The notes beneath the pieces were generated by a model that was not told the DNA's origin, ran no database searches, and was given only the letters and a program-made list of their open reading frames with translations. A stretch of 64,000 bases of DNA from the human T2T-CHM13v2.0 reference genome, Homo sapiens. The stretch is from NCBI RefSeq assembly GCF_009914755.1, contig NC_060940.1; one strand, written 5' to 3'. The translations under genes were made by a program, and so were the position numbers. How positions within the stretch are numbered: position 1 is the stretch's first letter; each line of letters starts with the position of its first letter. This document shows, one piece after another, positions 57,740-64,000 of this stretch.

Positions 57740-58550
57740 GGGGGAACTATGGCGACAACTAAAGGCTGAAAGAGTTCAGGAGACAAAGAGGAACTCTTAG
57801 CGAGGTTGATGGGGACCTGCATTTTAAAGGGTGAATGCGTGTTCTCCAGCTGGCCATATCTTAAAGGCTGAGCACATATTCTATAGGTGCACATAGACGA
57901 GAAGGAAATTCCAACCATAGGGATCGTTCCGCGCAAACACAGCAAGTGCAAGACCTCAGAGAGTGCCAAGAACACCCAAGTACTGTGGAAAGGGGCTGGA
58001 GGAAGATGCCTCCCAAGAGAGCCAGCACAGGCCCTTGGACAATGAAAAACTCTTGGAGGCTTTTTAAGCAGGGGAAGATGATCTGATTTCCATTTTGTGA
58101 AGAACCTTGGAAAGGTGGATGAAAGCAGTGTTTCTAATATCTGCCTGAATTGATAAGTCAAGTCACCTAATGTACTTGTGTATGTAGACATATGTACTTA
58201 TATATGTATATGCAATTTCCCAGTCCTCTTCTCTGGGATTATGTGTATGGAATTTGTCACATCCATTTGCGCATGTATTTCCCGGGCACCTACTGTGTTG
58301 TCTACTCTGCCCCAGGTGTGGGAATTAGGCAGTGGCCATGGCCAGTAATTCTGATCCTCATCCATCTTATGTGCTGTTGGGAGAGAGGCAGATATTAATA
58401 AGCAAACATCTAAATAAACAAGATAGTTTCCGGCAGTGACAAGTGCAAAGAAGAAAATAAAGTACTGTGTAAGTTCGTTAAGCAAAGGGGTCTCATTCGA
58501 TTCAAGCTTATATCCCACCCAAATATCTAGCACCATGTCTGGAAAATAAT
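57740..58550 (-). mobile_element. L2 fragments
   Basis: GGCTTTTTAAGCAGGGGAAGATGATCTGATTT; GGGCACCTACTGTG. Confidence 0.55.
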
Positions 58551-58644
58551 GATAGCTGTGCCCATGGATTGTAGACTGTGTGCCAGTCATTGTCACCGGC
58601 CCTGTACATATAATACAGTCTCTCTTCAAAACCACTCTACAAAG

Positions 58645-59185
<541 letters not shown>

Positions 59186-59265
59186 CAGTGTAACAGGGTA
59201 CTAGTGTTACCCCATTTTCAAAAGCACAAAAGATGCAGGTGACTTAAGTGATAAGCCCAAGCTCA

Positions 59266-59721
<456 letters not shown>

Positions 59722-60883
59722 CTAACGTAGGGACTTCGAAGTCTCTATCGGTGTGAAAAATAAGAAACATTTTCTGCAGATGGGTGCCAGGTAAGATGGG
59801 TTCACTTTGAGGACCTTGGTTTAATCAGGATATCAAAATTTGTTGTTTCCTTGTGCTTGTCACAATATCCCATTGTTAACACCTGCCAGCGTTGTCATCC
59901 TAAACTGTTGCTGCTGTTTCTGAGATGAGCTACAACAGGTGTGCCAAATATTGGGCCATTAGCAAGCGGTAATTCACCTGCATGAATATTTATCGTCTTG
60001 TAAGGAGGAAACAAAAGCCGTGTCTACTTTTTGGAACATGGTGCAGCAGTGTCCTCGAAACCAAATTGTTTGAGTCTCTCGCTTATGCGGAAGGAGAAGG
60101 GCTCCTCTGTAATTTTCCATCGGGTGGATTTATTTTCTCAGCCATTTCCACATCAAAACACAACACTGACAGGCGCTTGATTTTATTAAGCCGGTAAAAT
60201 CACCCGACAGTTTAGATAGCTCAAGCCTCTGATTATCAAAATATCTATTCTTAAACTGGTTTTGAAGCCAGTCGCTTCTCCATGGGGAAATGGCCACAAT
60301 GATGAGCAGGACAAATTTTTGCTTTTCTCCCCTCTAATTCCTTCCCTCCCTGCCTCCTCCTTCTCCTTGTCTTGTTCTTTTTTTCGTTCCATTTTTCTTT
60401 TTTTACTGAAAGAGATTGTATTAATGAGGAAAGAGGAGAAAACTCAGAAACAGATAAGAAAGAGTGGCACCGAGGCTTCTTGTACAAGGGTGATTGTAAA
60501 TTTTATGTCCTCAGTAAGAACCCCAAGGCGTGTGTGCTTTTAAACAAAAAGAAAGTCTAAGGGAGAATATGCCATTTCCACGCCCATGTTACTGCTGCAT
60601 TCGCACCTGTCAGCACTGCGGCCTGTACCTCCTTGTCCAGCAATACCATACTAATAACATACCTTACAGGATACACAGATACATCAAACAGGTTGCAGTG
60701 CTGGTAATCACTGACTTAGAAACCAAATGTGCTGTCCTGAATTTTTAAGTATTGCCATGACTAAGGAAGTAATGATGGATTCCCAATAAGTGTGTTTGCC
60801 ATTTGTGTTTGGATATCATCACTAACAGTAACTTTCTGTGCATATTTTATGGTGATCACTTATGGGATCATTCCTTACCTTAA

Positions 60884-61204
<321 letters not shown>

Positions 61205-61287
61205 GAATTTTCACCTTCCTTTCCCTTTCCATCGGCCCTCTCTACTGATTCTATGTTTATACTTGATCAAATAAGAGTTTCAGTTAG

Positions 61288-61585
<298 letters not shown>

Positions 61586-61592
61586 TAAACTC

Positions 61593-61746
61593 CTTTCTTT
61601 TTTTTTAAAAAAAAAAAAATTAAGTTCAAGGGTATAAGTGCAGGTTTGTTGCATAAGTAAGGTTGTGTCATAGGTTTTATTTTTTTTTACAGATTATTTC
61701 ATCACCCAGATATTAATCCTAGTATCCGTTAGTTATTTTTCCTGAT
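61593..61746 (-). mobile_element. L1PA-like short 3' end
   Basis: GTGCAGGTTTGTT...ACAGATTATTTCATCACCCAG...AGTTATTTTTCCTGAT. Confidence 0.8.
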
Positions 61747-61999
61747 TTACACATGTAAATCATTAACCTAAAGAAAGCAAAAGACAGAACTTTCTTCTGA
61801 GAAAGGATGTATGTTTTCCCTTTTGGAAAGTTGTATTAATAACATCTAATCCTTGGGGAGTGCTCAGAAATTATTTTCTGAAAGAATGAATGAATGAATG
61901 AATGATCAAGATCAAATAAGAGACACAGGCCAAGCCTTCAAACAAGTTATACTGAACCCAGAGGGTTCCCTCAGGCTCATTACTGCCATGAGTAAGCAC

Positions 62000-62200
62000 T
62001 AATGGTAAGTCACATTTGCTAAGGACTTACTGGGGAGTGTCATGGTTTATGCCATTTAACCTCATGAGGGAGGCACTTATATTTCCCCTATTTTACCGAA
62101 GGGTAGCTGAGGCTTGGAGAGACCATATGGCATGCCCATTTTAGCCAGTGAGTGGCCGGGTCTGGAAATAAATCTAGGAGGTGTGTCCTTTAACCACTTT
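62000..62200 (-). mobile_element. MIR SINE
   Basis: CATTTAACCTCAT...CCCTATTTTACCGAAGGGTAGCTGAGGCTTGGAGAG. Confidence 0.6.
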
Positions 62201-62419
62201 GTAGAACCATTCTCATTATAGTAATGGAGAAAGAACAGAATCTCTTATGGTGACTTCTAGGACTAAGGGCACATAATAAGAGCTGCTATTTGGGGAATAT
62301 GTCTATAAACCTGGGAGTTATAAAGTAGGGTGAGAAATGGGGGTGCATTATGATGTTATCTGAGAGGGACTTGGAATTCACATCATCTACAATTTTGGAC
62401 AGATGTCTTTCTGCAAGCC

Positions 62420-62731
62420 TTATTTTTTTTTTTTTTTTTTTTTTTTGACAGAGTCTGGCTCAGTCACCCAGGCTGGAGTGCAGTGGTGCAATTATAGGTC
62501 ATTGCAGCCTCTAACTCCTGGGTTCAAGTGATCCTCCTACATCAGCCTTCTAAGTAGCTGGGCTACAGGTGCATGCCACCACACCTGGCTAATTTAAGAA
62601 GTAAAATTTTTATAGAGATGGGATCACACTATATTGCCCAGGCTGGTCTTGAACTCCTGGTCCTTAATCAGTCCCCCTGCCTTGGCCTCCCAATATGCTG
62701 GGATTACAGGCATGAGCCACCACGTCTGGCC
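62420..62731 (-). mobile_element. AluJ
   Basis: CATTGCAGCCTCTAACTCCTGGGTTCAAGTGATCCTCC; TATTGCCCAGGCTGG. Confidence 0.92.
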
Positions 62732-63089
62732 CTTCATGCAAGTTTGATATGCTTTTCCTTCACTGGGGCTTTCTCCCTGAGTATTACCTGAAAGTCAGAA
62801 AGGTCCTATGTGGAAGAACCGTTGTATTGCAATTACTGGGGAGCAGAAGGAAAGTGATTTTGGAAAAAGCGTATGTATGGGCTTGGAAACTTTTCCCCAG
62901 AACAGAGACCATTTGCAGACTTTTCACTGTGGCCGTTTCTCCCAGTCTTGATAGCCTTTCACACATCTCCAGGGTTATCTTTGCAGTGACTCAGTCATTA
63001 TTCTACAGGCCAGCATGATTTTTCTTAAATTTTCTAAACCTTTTTCCAAACCTTCAATTTTATAAAATGTGACACACATTTTGACTTCT

Positions 63090-63350
63090 TTTATAAGACC
63101 TAATTCGAATGCCCCCTCCTTTTTGAAGCACTCCATGATTTTTTTCTACTGTCCAGGTATATGCTGTGGTATCGTATTGCACAGTCATTACTCTTTGCCT
63201 GACTGGCCTGGAATTGCCTGTTGACATACAGTTTCCCTGCTGGAATGTGTGAGCTCTCTAAAAAGTGTGGAGTGTATGGCTTGGTTTGTTCATTCTTGAT
63301 TCATCACTTACGTGTGTCTCTAAGTAGCAGCTGCTCAATAAACATTGAAG
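63090..63350 (+). mobile_element. L2 3' region
   Basis: AATGCCCCCTCCTTTTTGAAGC...GAATGTGTGAGCTC...TGCTCAATAAACATTGAA. Confidence 0.55.
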
Positions 63351-64000
63351 GGAGGCAGAGACAAGACAGTGCTAAGAAAGGAATGAAGACAATAAGCAAA
63401 AGTTAATTCAAGTACATTTCTACCAAATTTCCGGAACCAGATTCCTAAGCAGTGGAGGCAGAGGAGAATGAAAAGGTAGAGTGGGCCCCGTGCCAATTTC
63501 ATTTCAGAAAACATTCAGAGAGATGCTTCCCTGCGTGGTGTGGTTGCAGAGGGCCCACCTGTACATCTGGGATACCTACAGGCATCCCACCATTCCCGTT
63601 CTTCATAGACTATATGACACATCCCAGTCGTGTTCTATCTTTTACACGCAGCACACACACCGCAATTTTTGCCTTGCTGAGCTTTTAAAACTCTTATTAT
63701 CTCAGATTATGAAGACAAGCTGTGCGGGGTATAGGCATGATCTCAAACTGAGTTAATTGAAGGTGGAGGTCAGTTCAGCTTTCCTGGACCATCAATCAGT
63801 AAAAAGTTTACTTGTTTAATGCACGGAGAGTCAAAGACATGCTGCAGGCCCCACCATCCCTTCCCTTCTGGCCTGTCAGGTAGATGTTAGATTTCACTGA
63901 GCTGTTAAAAATCTTAATGGATCCCACTGAGCTGTTTCAGGTTGTTTGTGACAATCACTTAATTTCCTTGTTTTGCAGCTAACAATGATTTTAATCTTCA

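Noticed and set aside
57700-58635. 163-aa and 145-aa minus-strand ORFs
   Set aside because: They lie over decayed L2/MIR sequence and show no coherent protein features

Overview
Primate, very probably human, non-coding genomic DNA: either a large intron or intergenic sequence. I could not identify the locus from sequence alone. The window is dominated by interspersed repeats: about 28 Alu/FRAM elements (many with intact target-site duplications), old L1M/L1P fragments, many L2 and MIR remnants, MaLR LTRs (MLT1 types and a near full-length THE1 element) and DNA-transposon fossils (MER2, MER5A, MER20, MER58B, MER81, MER91, MER94). There are also microsatellites and a ~1.65-kb G-rich minisatellite. 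I found no credible protein-coding exon, RNA gene or CRISPR array; the supplied ORFs are Alu-, LTR-, tandem-repeat- or chance-derived. I see no evidence for a new biological system. The best second-look items are structural: a 77/79-bp minisatellite with a 156-bp higher-order period, a THE1 element with mismatched LTRs and a microhomology deletion, a template-switch-like double palindrome inside an Alu, a 5'-inverted L1 in a multi-layer nest, an Alu-in-Alu inverted pair, a few perfect hairpins, and a CpG-retaining enhancer-like block near 60 kb. Repeat family and subfamily names come from remembered consensus sequences, not a database search, and boundaries of old elements are approximate.
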